Shown here: positions 11,601 to 36,679 of the stretch, piece after piece
How the letters are laid out: each line of letters opens with the position of its first letter
Position numbering within the stretch: position 1 is the first letter of the stretch
From: Macrostomum lignano
Taxonomy: Eukaryota
NCBI GenBank assembly: GCA_002269645.1
Contig: NIVC01003278.1
Location: 1-64,000 of the forward strand
DNA length: 64,000 nucleotides
Reading direction: 5' to 3'
Notes under the pieces: generated by a model
Seen by the model: only the letters and a program-made list of their open reading frames with translations
The model's database searches: none
Told to the model about the DNA's origin: nothing
Position numbers and translations under genes: made by a program

Positions 11601-14600
11601 TCATCCGGTGCTTCGCCATTTCCTCTCGGTCGATGTGCTCCGGTCGTTTCATGAACAGCACTCGGGGGAGGTACTTGAGGAACAGCAGCCGAACCCAATT
11701 TGGCATCTTGTGCGTCCGAGGAGTGCGAAAGTTCCAATTGATAATGATCACCGTGAACACAATAGTGATGATGTTCATAATAAAAGTGAACAGCAGGAAT
11801 TTAGATATCAACGGTATCGAGATCGAAGTTGGCGGCAGGATTTTGCTAACCAGTAACAGGAAGACAACCAAGGCCAGGAGAATTGAGATGCAGAGCGTCA
11901 TCTTCTCGCCTGCGTCGGCCGGAAGGTAAAAGACGCACACGCTGAGGAAGGAGATCAGGACGCACGGAATGATGAGGTTGACTGTGTAAAATAGGGTCTT
12001 CCGGCGAATGGTGATGGTGAAGATCATCATTGTCTGGGGAGGCTGGCCGAGCTTCTCGACGAGGGTGATGTTTCCCGGACAGTCGATGATGTCCCAGGAG
12101 CCCGACTTCCAGTAGTCGTTCAAGTCGGCAACTCTGGCGCCCTCGTACCAGTCAAGGACGACCTGGAGTGCACGATGCGGTATTGGATCACCATCCATTG
12201 GCCTTCAATCTCAACATAAAGGTTGACAATGGAAGCGCTATCATTAACTGCTACCATTTTTGTTCCTCTGATGTGCCTCTCGAGTTTAAGCTTATCTGAT
12301 ATTTTGAAATGTTCTCTATTTGATAACCTAGTATAGGGCTTCAGGCAAGGGGAATAGCAGCAAGACGCGTCTGAATCTCGACCCACGACACTCCTGGTTT
12401 GATTCTGAGCCACATTCATTTTGGGGCTTCTGTGCACAGAAAGACACGCGCTTGCGTGTGCTCAGGAGTCGCAAGGCAAACAGACATGCCCGCCCATTCC
12501 GTTGACTCCTGAATACGCTCTCGCACACCGGGTGTTCAGCGGCTCAGACTTCTCATCTTCAAGCCAGTGATGTAACTCACTCTGTGGTTTGAGGCTTGGC
12601 CCTCGTGGGTGTCAACCACCCGACAGGTTTTAGACTGACTCCAAATTATAAATATAGCCAAAGTACCCGACTCAAACTTCCCAATCAGAAATCATATCAA
12701 AGCGCCAACCTGCGTCGCATCGAACGTCCAACTGCCGAATTTCATTTCGCATTCCTGCTGATCGAACGGGAAATATTGGACGTGAATAGTGCAGGAGCTT
12801 TTGTAGATCGCAGGCGGTACCCATAATATCGTTCCGCTGCTGAATATTAGAATATTTGGCTGCCAGGACACTTCGTAGCGACCGTCGGCGCTGCAGGTGT
12901 TGCGGTTGGAATGAAATAACTGGGTCTTCTGCCAAGTATAGATTTTTATGGTAGGTCAACCTGTCTGTCTATTTTGTGAGCTAGCTCGTTGCAAAGGATT
13001 AAGTGTTACTTAGTGGCTGAAACTGGAATTGAGAACGCCTATAGCCTTTCTGTTCAAACAAAGATTGCTATTTTGAAGTTCTAAAAATAGGCCTCAGATC
13101 GATCTTTTTAGGCGTCCATTTATAAGAGCAAGGATGCTAGTTAGAGTGCTTCCTTGTTTTACACTAGATTTTACACTCTGAACAAAAATCGTGCCTATAT
13201 GTGTTGGATTTAATAAAAAGGTGTTTCGCCAAATCAAGCGGCTTTCTACTTACTTATTGTACAGTACAATATCCGGCTTCCATATCTTGTTAGGATTCAC
13301 CCTGATGACTTGGATTCCGCCGAAGTCGCTGGGATCCCAGCGCAGCTGATAGTCTGACCATGTCTGTTGGAGAGCAGCGTAATCGTTGATGATAGCTCGT
13401 TAGATATGGACTAATCTTGCTATGATAATCTTGCTATTGTCGGCCAGATGGGCAACCGACAGCTCAGCCGCAGCTATTGCGCGGCGCATCTGAAGGCTGC
13501 GTACGGCTGTTCAGTCCGAGACACACACCCTTGATCAATTACCCCAGCTAATACTGGCACTCAGGTGAGTCCAGAATCGAACCCCTGACCTTTCAGTCAT
13601 GAATTTGACGCTCTAACCACTAAGGCTACTATCCCTTTTGCGCAAATGAACAAAATTAGAAGAAACTAATAAACTTGTTTCCTTATACGGCGGGTTAAGT
13701 TATAACAAGTGAACCCACATTGCATACAGTAGCTAACCAATTTTTCTCTTCTCTTAGCGTTTTTTTTCTAAAAGAAAGTTTCGGCCCAGCAAGAAAGAAA
13801 GGCTTAAGAAAGAAGCTTAAAAAGTCTGTCCTCGCACGCAAGGTCAAAGCGGCAAGTGGGCGGTGGCAGTGGACGGCCCAGAACTGTAGTCAATAAAGCC
13901 AGTTCGTTTGGTTTGCGCTGCTGTGTCTTCTTCATCCTTTCAGAAAGCATCTTTCCTCGCTTCCCCTAAGACCCATCCAGACCTTGCTTGCTTGACTCTT
14001 CAAATCGGATTGTTGGTTTCTGTGTGTCCTCTCTCCTTTTCCCTCGGTTGCTTCGTCACTCTCTGCCCTTTTCTGTCTAACTCTACCCTATAAGGAGAAG
14101 AATTAGTCAGGGAATTCAGCGAAACCAATAATTGCTGCAGAAATATAAAGGAAAATCTTTTTTCTTTAGCGATAGTCATTTTGTTTTATTGGCTTCTGCT
14201 TCTAGAGGAACGGAAAGAGAAAGGGCTATAAAAAATACATGTAGATTGATGGACAGAAGACTGAGAATGTTTAATGAGTAGGTGCCGAGAGAGAGCCGAC
14301 TGTGCTGGGGACAGAGAGACACAAGAAGACAAGAAGACAGGATGTCTGAAAATTTTCTGCTTTTTGTCAAAGCAAGCAAGCCAGCAAGATTAGAAGTTGA
14401 AGAAAACTTGGTAGCTAGCATTCATTACAGAGGAGTATAGAACAAGAGAAGAATAATGACGCAGGGCAAGGCAAGGAGGGGAGAAAAAGGAGAAAAGTCT
14501 GCTCCAGAACACTGCAATGCACAGGCAATTAAGGGGAATATGCTTGCTTGCACTTCTGCCAGAAACAATTGGATATAACTGCCAAAGCCGCAGACCGTTC

Positions 14601-15035
14601 TGGAACGAGCGGCAGTGAAGATGAAGGAGAATGGACACAGAGGAACAGACACACAGCACAACAGACACAGCACAACAGACACAGCAGAAAAGACACAGCA
14701 GAACAGACGCAATCAAAATAAACTCACCATTCTTAACCAAACATTGCTTTTCATTACTTGACTTTTTTCTTCCTGAAAATTAAAATAGTTTTGAGTAAAT
14801 TTTAACTACAGTATCAGAGAGTCAATTGATCATAGTAATAAATCAGATAGGAAACTACCAATATCCACTCAGGTAAGCACAAGATGACTTACAACATTGA
14901 TTAATTGAATCATTGCTAATCCAAAGCCAACTTGCACAGTCTGATTAAGGTTTGACACGGGCCTGATGAGCCTGTTGTAGCCCTTGTGCTTGAACAGCAG
15001 GTTCACCAGTTTGATCTCGTCGTCACTGCCAATGC
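8612..15035 (-). CDS. Nicotinic acetylcholine receptor subunit, non-alpha type, cation-selective motif
   Basis: GT-AG exons with matching phases: 15035-14893 ([28 protein letters not shown]), 14772-14728 ([15 protein letters not shown]), 13363-13254 ([21 protein letters not shown]), 12890-12710 ([34 protein letters not shown]), 12162-11284 (TM1-3, [21 protein letters not shown]), 8779-8612 ([13 protein letters not shown]4, stop). No vicinal Cys-Cys in loop C. Signal-peptide exon not confidently located; weak candidate 16571-16484. Confidence 0.95.
9700..11195. repeat. 22-bp minisatellite (gtgtctcaatccccatagagtc) in the last nAChR intron
   Basis: Period 22 (for example 10261 and 10283), with blocks of variant units. 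Confidence 0.95.
13446..13635 (-). mobile_element. tRNA-derived SINE, internally deleted copy
   Basis: Reverse complement shows A-box-like TAGCCTTAGTGG and B-box GGTTCGATTC, then a 3' body nearly identical to 39030-39100 (ggactgaacagccgtacgcagccttcagatg..cgcgcaatagctgcggctgagctgtcggttgc). Confidence 0.8.
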
Positions 15036-15847
15036 CTGGAAATTTGTTTGAGTTTTTTTGTTGCTTTGTCAAAGATCAGAGACATCAAATTGGAGGTCAG
15101 AGGACAAGGACAAGTCACGAGCCTGATTTCTCACCTGATTCACGGACTTGATAGGTCGGTCGAACTAAGCAGCTCAAGAACTGCACAATCAACAGCTGCA
15201 TTACAATTTGATTCATCTCAAAATTTTATAACCAATGCTGCTCTTATCAAGAATTTGGATAACTCGACTTTGACTTCGCTGATAGGAGTCAACCAAAACC
15301 AGCTCTGGTCTGGGTGATGACGCAGCGTGAACTAACAGCCAACGTCATGTGTTGACGCGAATCAAAGTTCAAACTTTTGTTTAGAAATTTGTCGAAACGT
15401 CGGTTCTAGATGGAAGCATTTGCTATACGTCCAGGACAATACAGTTGTGGAGTGTAGAAGAACAAGCCAAGCAGGAAAATAAAATTGTTGTCTCTGAACC
15501 GTCTGAACCAAGAGATGGACACTCGCATTTGAGATCTCTTTTGCCAGCCTCCAATGGGGCAGAGAGGAACAGAAATATTGTACTTGACAAGTTGGCACGC
15601 AGCGCGTGCGGGGAAAATGGGGGCAGAGACAGAGTTGGGGGGGGGGGTTGGGGTGGCAGGAAGAGGAGAGAAAAGCTGCCAGTGGTGGGAGAATCAGGTC
15701 ATTGGGTAAGCGCCGCTGCGTCTGCAGGAGCTTCAACCCGTCCCGTACTGTCCACCCTTCACGCTTAGAGGGGTAGAGGGCGCAGTCAAGGACTTCTAGA
15801 TTCAGAATGTCTAGATTGGAAACTTTCTACCCTGTTTTACTAGTCGT

Positions 15848-15848
15848 T

Positions 15849-15909
<61 letters not shown>

Positions 15910-15910
15910 G

Positions 15911-15977
<67 letters not shown>

Positions 15978-15978
15978 G

Positions 15979-16011
<33 letters not shown>

Positions 16012-16025
16012 ATAAATAAATAATC

Positions 16026-16063
<38 letters not shown>

Positions 16064-16065
16064 TT
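15848..16065. repeat. (ACTA)n microsatellite
   Basis: Direct inspection. Confidence 0.95.
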
Positions 16066-16266
16066 GACTATCTTTTGAATGTTTATAACAGAAACTACTC
16101 CACTCCAGATGATAAATCTAGTATTCCTTGCCATCTCAGCGAACACTCTAAAATCTCCCCCGTCTCTTCCTTCGCCCGTGGGGGTGTCCGCTTGGCAAAA
16201 CCAGATCCTTAAGCCCACCAGACCCTGCTCAACATTAGCTGGCTCAGTAGCTAGCTGAGAACACTA

Positions 16267-16305
<39 letters not shown>

Positions 16306-18108
16306 TAGAGGAAAGAGGGGAAAGAAGGGACACCACAGTGAGGAATCGAGGAAGCAAAACGACTCCCTCCCCCTTTTAGCCACTGCCAATATCCCTGGCT
16401 GCCTCTGCCCCTCTCTCCGGGGATTCACTAAAAAATAGCGGAAAGAAGAAGAGAGAAGTAAGGTTGCGATGCTAGATATATACCTGCACGTGGACTGCGA
16501 AGGGAAAGTGACAGTTCAGCCACCCCCGCCCGGCCCCGTCTTGTCCTCTTCTTTAGCGTGCCTGCCTGCATGACTTGCTGCTGAAGAGCAGTTGAGAAAA
16601 GTAAAGCGCTCTGCACTCCTCACTGACTACATACTGATTGGAGCCCTCTCTCTCTCTCTCTCCAGGGACCCCTAGCGATTTCGCGGCGTCAAAGAGCCAG
16701 AAAAAAGATTTCTTTTTTAGTAAAAAAGGCCACCAATAAAAATTGGGTGAGACGAGAGATGAAGCAGAGATGGGGCGAGAAATGAGTTGAAAACCAGGAC
16801 AAAAATCAAACATATTTTGAGCACCGTACGGACTGGATTGCTAGTCAGCCAGGATTCTATGAGGCAACTATAAACAAGCAGCATCTTGCAGCAATCTAAC
16901 TGAAATTCATAGAGCGCTGGGATTTCTGTCCGCCTCTATCGCTAAGCTACCCCGTCTGGCAGGTCATTAGCCCGAGAACTTTAACACCCAACTAACTGTG
17001 AGCACTCCTTATCGAGCGAGCGCTGCGACACCAACTCAAAACTTTCTCACTTCTCAGCTCGCGAGAAAATCAATGGTAAGCACCCAGGCACACACACACA
17101 TACTCACACACACCCCAAGGCAAAGAACTACAATCTTAGCTAATCGATGACTTTGCCCCCCCTCTCTCTCTCTCCCCGTCGGATCTCACACGCCCTCTTG
17201 CACACATGATAATCGTTAATCTGCCAGTTTCTCTCCTCCTCCCCCTTCTCTCCCTCTCTCCTCCTTTAATTCATGAGGCTCGCCTTCCCTGAAGCTTCGT
17301 CATGACTGCGCCCATCCACCCCAGCTGTGCCAGTTGCCAAGGACGCTATTAGGCTGCGCTCAAATTCGCTGTCAAATCTGGATTTAACTCAACTTTTCAA
17401 CTCTTCGCCTCGCGCGTCCAATGCTCTCCTACGTTGTCATCTCTCGCTCCTTGTTAGGGAGTTATTTGAGACGCTCAGCTCAAGGCCTCTTTTGGATTAA
17501 AGCGACCGAACAGGAACACTCTCTCTCTCTCTGTCTCACTCTCTCCTTCCAAATGGACAGGGAAAGCGGCGAGGTTGAGAAGCTCAAGGATGCGAAGAAG
17601 AGATTGGTTTGCTTCTCCCTCCAGTACCTCTTCCCAATCTCCATCAAGGCGGCCTCGCTAAGTTTCCCAATTTTTTTTATTCTACTCAAGAAATTTCACA
17701 GCCGGCCAATGGGTTTTCGGGCCTATTTCGGCAGGTTGAGAAGATTTCTACCAAGCCAAGTTTTCCCACTTGGTTCTCGCCGTTCCTTCCTCCCTATCGA
17801 GCCGCTGGCTTCATCTTTTTTCTGCCCGAGCTGCTCGCCGAAGAAACCGTGGCGAAAATGAGGAAATTGGCAGGCTGGCCGCCACCGCCCCCTCCAGCTG
17901 CTGCTGCTCGGCTAGCGTTGATAAAAGTTTGGCGTCTCCCCGCTGAGCAGTGAGAATATAGATTTGCGACTTTGAGTAGTTTCTTGCCTGGAACAGAAGT
18001 CTTCGCCTGCAGTTTCTGGCACCCCGAGGGATGAAAAGAAATCAACGGATCGAGTGGGGAAATTGGAAAAGCCAGGGCCGTTCAGGGATCAAATGCCAGT
18101 GGCCTGTC

Positions 18109-18640
<532 letters not shown>

Positions 18641-19439
18641 TATATTTCTATCTGTATGCTCAATTTGCATTCCCACTAAGATACACAGCATAAAATCGAT
18701 CGCACTCTCTACATCGTTCTCTATACCTTCTCAAACGACGGAGAGCTTATTAGCAAATCAATGTGGCGGGCTTCGTTTCGTCTGCTTAAAATTCGATGTC
18801 CCTACCCAGCATCAGAACTCACTCGGTGCTCGGTGTTTGTCTTCACAATTTGAACTTTCGTTTTTCATTACGAGCTTACATTGCATATGCAAACTGCACT
18901 ACTTAAAGTATGTGGTACAGGAGCGGTCAGTAAAATTTTTACCTCAAGGCAAGTTTAAGAATCCAGTGCATGGCTTCGGGCCGCGGAATAGAGGAGATCA
19001 GAGTGTAAGGAAGAGAAATAAACTTTACAAAGGTTTTAAGGTTTTCGGGTCCTTGTCTGTGAAGTACAAAAGACCCGATGGACGGAAAGAACTAAGACAG
19101 ACTGATAGACAACACGACAGATAAATTATTTCTCCATTAAACAGCCTGTAGAAGCAGAGTCTGAAAAGCAGCAACATCCAGCAACAAGTTTGACAGGCAA
19201 GTGCCATTGGGAGTCCGAAAGCTGTGCCAGCCCGAAGCAGTTTTAATAAGGCGGGTGCTTTCGCTTTCAGAAACCTGCAGCTCTTTTGGCGGTCTTTTTG
19301 CATTTTGAATTCTTTTTGTTGCTCTAAAGAGCAAATACGCGTACTGCGGAGGCTGGTAGGGCGCCGATGATGAGGCGCAGGCTGCGTTTCTACCGAATAT
19401 TCCCACGGAATTAGCGATTTTCCTGATTCCCATGGTATG

Positions 19440-19868
<429 letters not shown>

Positions 19869-20199
19869 AGACGGACACAGTTTATAATATTCGTGATTTG
19901 GTGGGCAGAATCAGAGAACCAGAATCACACCAACTGCCAGGGTCTTTATTGCTGCTGGCGTCATAATCCTGCATGAATATGTGCATGCTGAGAGGAAAAA
20001 ATTTCCTTCAGAATATATCATAGCGACAGGGGGATCAAAGTGCAGGCCAAAATCTGCACTTTGATGACGCTGGTTGCGAAAAAACAAAACTGTTGATAAG
20101 CACATGCTAGTAGAAAACCCCCAATTCAGCACAGATTCAAGATCTTATCGTAGGATTCGTAAATTAATAGATTTACAGTCCGGAAAGTCCCGAACTAAA

Positions 20200-20807
20200 A
20201 ATCTCGATCCCTAAATCTCAAGATCCAAAGGTCCCAAGATCCAAAGATCTCCACCCCAAGATCCCAAGATCCCAAGATCCCGATCCCAAGATCCCGATCC
20301 CAAGATCCCGATCCCAAGATCCCGATCCCAAGATCCCGATCCCAAGATCCCGATCCCAAGATCCCGATCCCAAGATCCCGATCCCAAGATCCCGATCCCA
20401 AGATCCCGATCCCAAGATCCCGATCCCAAGATCCCGATCCCAAGATCCCGATCCCAAGATCCCGATCCCAAGATCCCGATCCCAAGATCCCGATCCCAAG
20501 ATCCCGATCCCAAGATCCCGATCCCAAGATCCCGATCCCAAGATCCCGATCCCAAGATCCCGATCCCAAGATCCCGATCCCAAGATCCCGATCCCAAGAT
20601 CCCGATCCCAAGATCCCGATCCCAAGATCCCGATCCCAAGATCCCGATCCCAAGATCCCGATCCCAAGATCCCGATCCCAAGATCCCGATCCCAAGATCC
20701 CGATCCCAAGATCCCGATCCCAAGATCCCGATCCCAAGATCCCGATCCCAAGATCCCGATCCCAAGATCCCGATCCCAAGATCCCGATCCCAAGATCCCG
20801 ATCCCAA
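20200..20807. repeat. 14-bp minisatellite (cccaagatcccgat)
   Basis: Near-perfect tandem units; the 14-aa periodic ORFs equal 3 x 14 bp. Confidence 0.97.
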
Positions 20808-21823
20808 TATTCTTTATCTGTACACAGTAGAGTCGGCAAAGTTTCTGTCCGCAAGCTGGCAGGCTGCACCGCAGAAGATCGCACACGAATTATAAATGCT
20901 CTGAGGCTCGTGTGTGAGCTGGATAAAAACCTGATCGGGGATCGATGAGCTGGCATCCTTGCCCCTAAGCGGCATCCTGCCCGATCAAAGCTTCCCAGAG
21001 CCTGGAGGCGAGACTTGCGCCAAGGCATATTATGAGGAATAGTTTCTGATCTGAAATTCCCCAGAGACTGGCGCATGAAGGCTAAAGATATTTTCGTTCT
21101 ACCCGCTAGAAATCAGTAGAGACGGAAGCAACATCCCAATTGATTTAGTAAGTTCTCTTGGCCAGGATTTTTCATGCAGATTCTCAAATACACTTGGCGT
21201 CTGTTGCCGTCACTTTACTGTAGTTACAGGCATTGGTTTGCAGACCGCTGTCCAATGGACAGTTGGGGGAAAATGTGTCTTCAGATCTTGAAAATGTTGA
21301 ACTTTAAAACATATATCGGACCTCTGAATGGCCAGAAGAAAAATCGAACGACTCAAAGATATAAAGAGCGCAATTAGTGGCTGAGGAATTATTTGCATAA
21401 TCAATTAGACCCTTTTAATGCTTCGTTGGAGTCTGCGAACAGCGCTACCCAATTTTATTGCAAAGGTACGTTAATATTTAAGCAAGCCATTAGACTGTTA
21501 ACGAGTTAATGCACCTACTTGCTAGGCGAATTTTGCAGCATTGCAACAACAGCCAAGATTAAAAATTTCTACATTTTTTATCATTTTGACCCACAACTAA
21601 CACATTTTCAAGCGAAAATACATTATGCAGGTTAGTGAATATTTTAACGTATCAATAAAATGGAGTGATGGAGACAGTGGACTTGTATATTTTTGTGAGG
21701 GTTACGAATAGTGACATTCTCCGCAGAAATGATTGGTCTCAAGGGAGAACCCCGGTGGTTCTCTGAGATGAGGCATCACTTGGGGATTTGAGTTATCTAA
21801 AAATGGGAGAGAAATTGGGGACA

Positions 21824-22454
21824 GTGACAGGCAGGAACAGACAGGGACAGACAGGGACAGACAGGGACAGACAGGGACAGACAGGGACAGACAGGGACAG
21901 ACAGGGACAGACAGGGACAAACAGGGACAGACAGGAACAGACAGGGACAGGGACAGACAGGGACAGACAGGGACAAACAGGGACAGGGACAGACAGGGAC
22001 AGGGACAGACAGGGCAGACAGGGACAGACAGGGACAGACAGACAGGGACAGACAGACAGGGACAGACAGGGACAGACAGACAGGGACAGACAGGGACAGA
22101 CAGACAGGGACAGAAAGGGAAAGACAGCTGGGACAGACAGACAGGGACAGACAGACAGGGACAGACAGACAGACAGACAGACAGGGACAGCCCGACAGAC
22201 AGACAGGCAGACAGACAGACAGGGACAGACAGACAGAGACAGACAGACAGGGACAGACAGACAGGGAAGGACAGGGACAGACAGACAGACAGACAGACAG
22301 ACAGGGACAGACAGACAGAGGCAGACACACAGGGACAGACAGACAGCGACAGACAGACAGGGACAGACAGGGACAGACAGACAGGGACAGAGAGGGAAAG
22401 ACAAGGACAGACAGACAGGGACAGACAGACAGGGTCAGACAGACAGGGACAGGC

Positions 22455-22487
<33 letters not shown>

Positions 22488-23460
22488 GGGTCAGACAGAC
22501 AGTGACAGACAGACAGGGACAGACAGACAGGGACAGACAGACAGACAGACAGGCAGACAGACAGACAGGGTCAGACAGACAGTGACAGACAGACAGGGAC
22601 AGACAGACAGGGACAGACAGACAGGGACAGACAGACAGGGACAGACAGACAGGGACAGACAGACAGTGACAGACAGACAGTGACAGACAGACAGAGACAG
22701 ACAGACAGGGACAGACAGACAGGGACAGACAGACAGACAGGAACAGGCAGACAGACAGTGACAGACAGACAGAGACAGACAGACAGGGACAGACAGACAG
22801 GGACAGACAGACAGAGACAGACAGACAGGGACAGACAGACAGGGACAGACAGACAGGGACAGGCAGACAGACAGACAGGCAGACAGACAGACAGGGTCAG
22901 ACAGACAGTGACAGACAGACAGTGACAGACAGACAGTGACAGACAGACAGGGACAGACAGACAGGGACAGACAGACAGACAGACAGGCAGAGAGACAGAC
23001 AGGGACAGACAGGGACAGACAGACAGGGACAGAGAGGGAAAGACAAGGACAGACAGACAGGGACAGAGAGGGAAAGACAAGGACAGACAGACAGGGACAG
23101 ACAGACAGTGATAGACAGACAGACAAAGGCGTTCATTGCTACCCCCCCTCCTGTCGAGAAAATGGCCTTGCGAGGCGCCATATAATTATTGCTCATTGTG
23201 GCATGGATGACTAATTTTTTGCCTTTGACAGACAGGGACAGGCAGACAGACAGACAGGCAGACAGACAGACAGGGTCAGACAGACAGTGACAGACAGACA
23301 GTGACAGACAGACAGTGACAGACAGACAGTGACAGACAGACAGGGACAGACAGACAGGGACAAACAGACAGGGACAGACAGACAGACAGACAGGGACAGA
23401 CAGACAGGGACAGACAGACAGACAGGGACAGACAGACAGACAGGAACAGGCAGACAGACA
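21824..23460. repeat. Complex ACAG/GGGACAG satellite
   Basis: Mixed acag and agggac units, interrupted by unique sequence at ~23125-23228. Confidence 0.93.
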
Positions 23461-24273
23461 GTTTTGCTGAATAGCTATACTACATGTAGTACGGTTCGAC
23501 TTACGAAAGCAGCGCCAAGTAGTGCAAAGCAGTTACCGAGTTTCATGAATAGAGTTATCAGTACGAGAGCTTTTAATTTTTTAGCCAATCTGAAGTATTT
23601 GCCCATCGGAAATTGGCCTGATGGGGATTTGCAACTCCGCTCGAGCTGCTTTCGATTTCCTGATTTCCTTAGTTGCTACACGAACTAATTAGGTGGCATT
23701 GCCTTGCATTAATGTCTGCTGAGCATAATGTGTGCTATGCGAAACATCCAGCCACTGACACCGGCTTTCCAAATTTACTTCACTTCTCCCACACTGGGTC
23801 ATTCTCCCACTCTCTTAACTCTCTTAGCTCTGTCCCACGCTCTCCTTCTCCCTCTACCTCCCTCTCCCTTTCTCCCGCTCTCTTCCACTCCCTCTCTCTA
23901 CCCCTCCCTCTTTCTCTCTCTTCCTCTCCACCTCTCTTTACCTCTCTACCTCTCAACTCTCAACACAATTGCTTAAAGTACGATCTCCAATTGCCTGCAG
24001 AAGACTCGATACAAGAGTATTTGCTTTAAATAAAACCAATAGCAATTATCATTCCTTCTTAGTCTCATCCAGAAAACTTTCCAAGCATGTCTCAGGAAAA
24101 GTCAACTAGTTAATTGCCGTGCACGCCAGTTAGCCTCCTGTTATCAAGTAGGAGCATCAGTTTCTCTTTTCACGACATACTTTTTGAGCTCTCCTTGCAA
24201 TGCGGATTTTTTCAGGCCGAGCACTGCCGAAATCCATGCAGTCGGCATTGATTTGAAATTGGAGTTGGAATTG

Positions 24274-25810
<1,537 letters not shown>

Positions 25811-26106
25811 ATAGAATAGGTAGATTCAGGCCGTCGGTAGTGCATTCAGGTAGCAACGCCCGAGATGTCAGCCTGTTCTTCATCAGCCCGGGGAATGCTG
25901 ATCCATGAGGGATGTCAGGCTAAATCTCTCTGTCTCCCGCACTCAGCAGCCAATTCGCAGTTGTCTCTCAGTTCCCCGCTGCGCAGATTTTCGGCTCTCC
26001 AAAGTCGAATCCCTGCCCCCCTTTGCCAATACGCGGCGCAGCGCAGAAAGAAGATAAATAGTCAGACTGTTGACTCTTCCCCAGGAGAGGCACCGAGAGA
26101 CAGTCG

Positions 26107-36262
<10,156 letters not shown>

Positions 36263-36679
36263 CTTGGATTCAGGGTGGGACTAACAGTTGTAGTCATTTT
36301 TTATCAGTGTCCGCAGATTTATGCACTTTTCGCCTTTTCTGAATTCATCTTTTCCCTTTTTGTCCTATTATTGTTAAAGCAAAACCTTCTATCCTAATCG
36401 AATTATATAACCACTAATTTTGAACAATACTTATGATACTGTCTGTAAAATTATTGTATCACGAAGCGAGATAAATTTCATACTATACTCGTAGATAAAT
36501 TGTCGCTTCAAAATTTTAAAATAAAACATTTTTGATAAATTCAGTTATTTTTCCGCTAATGATAGCGGCCATTGACGCTTGTTGATAAGTGAAACTAATG
36601 TCAGCTAATTACTATAGAAATGCTTTGGCAGCTCAAGAAGTGTCCAGAGCCAACAGCCATCAACTCACTTCTGTCACAT

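Noticed and set aside
16484-16571. Candidate first coding exon of the nAChR (MQAGTLKKR...SPRA, phase 1, GTATAT donor)
   Set aside because: The phase fits but the peptide lacks a hydrophobic signal sequence; left out of the model.
17421-18045. Overlapping ORFs in a GC-richer stretch upstream of the nAChR
   Set aside because: No recognisable domain or consistent exon structure; may be promoter or UTR sequence.
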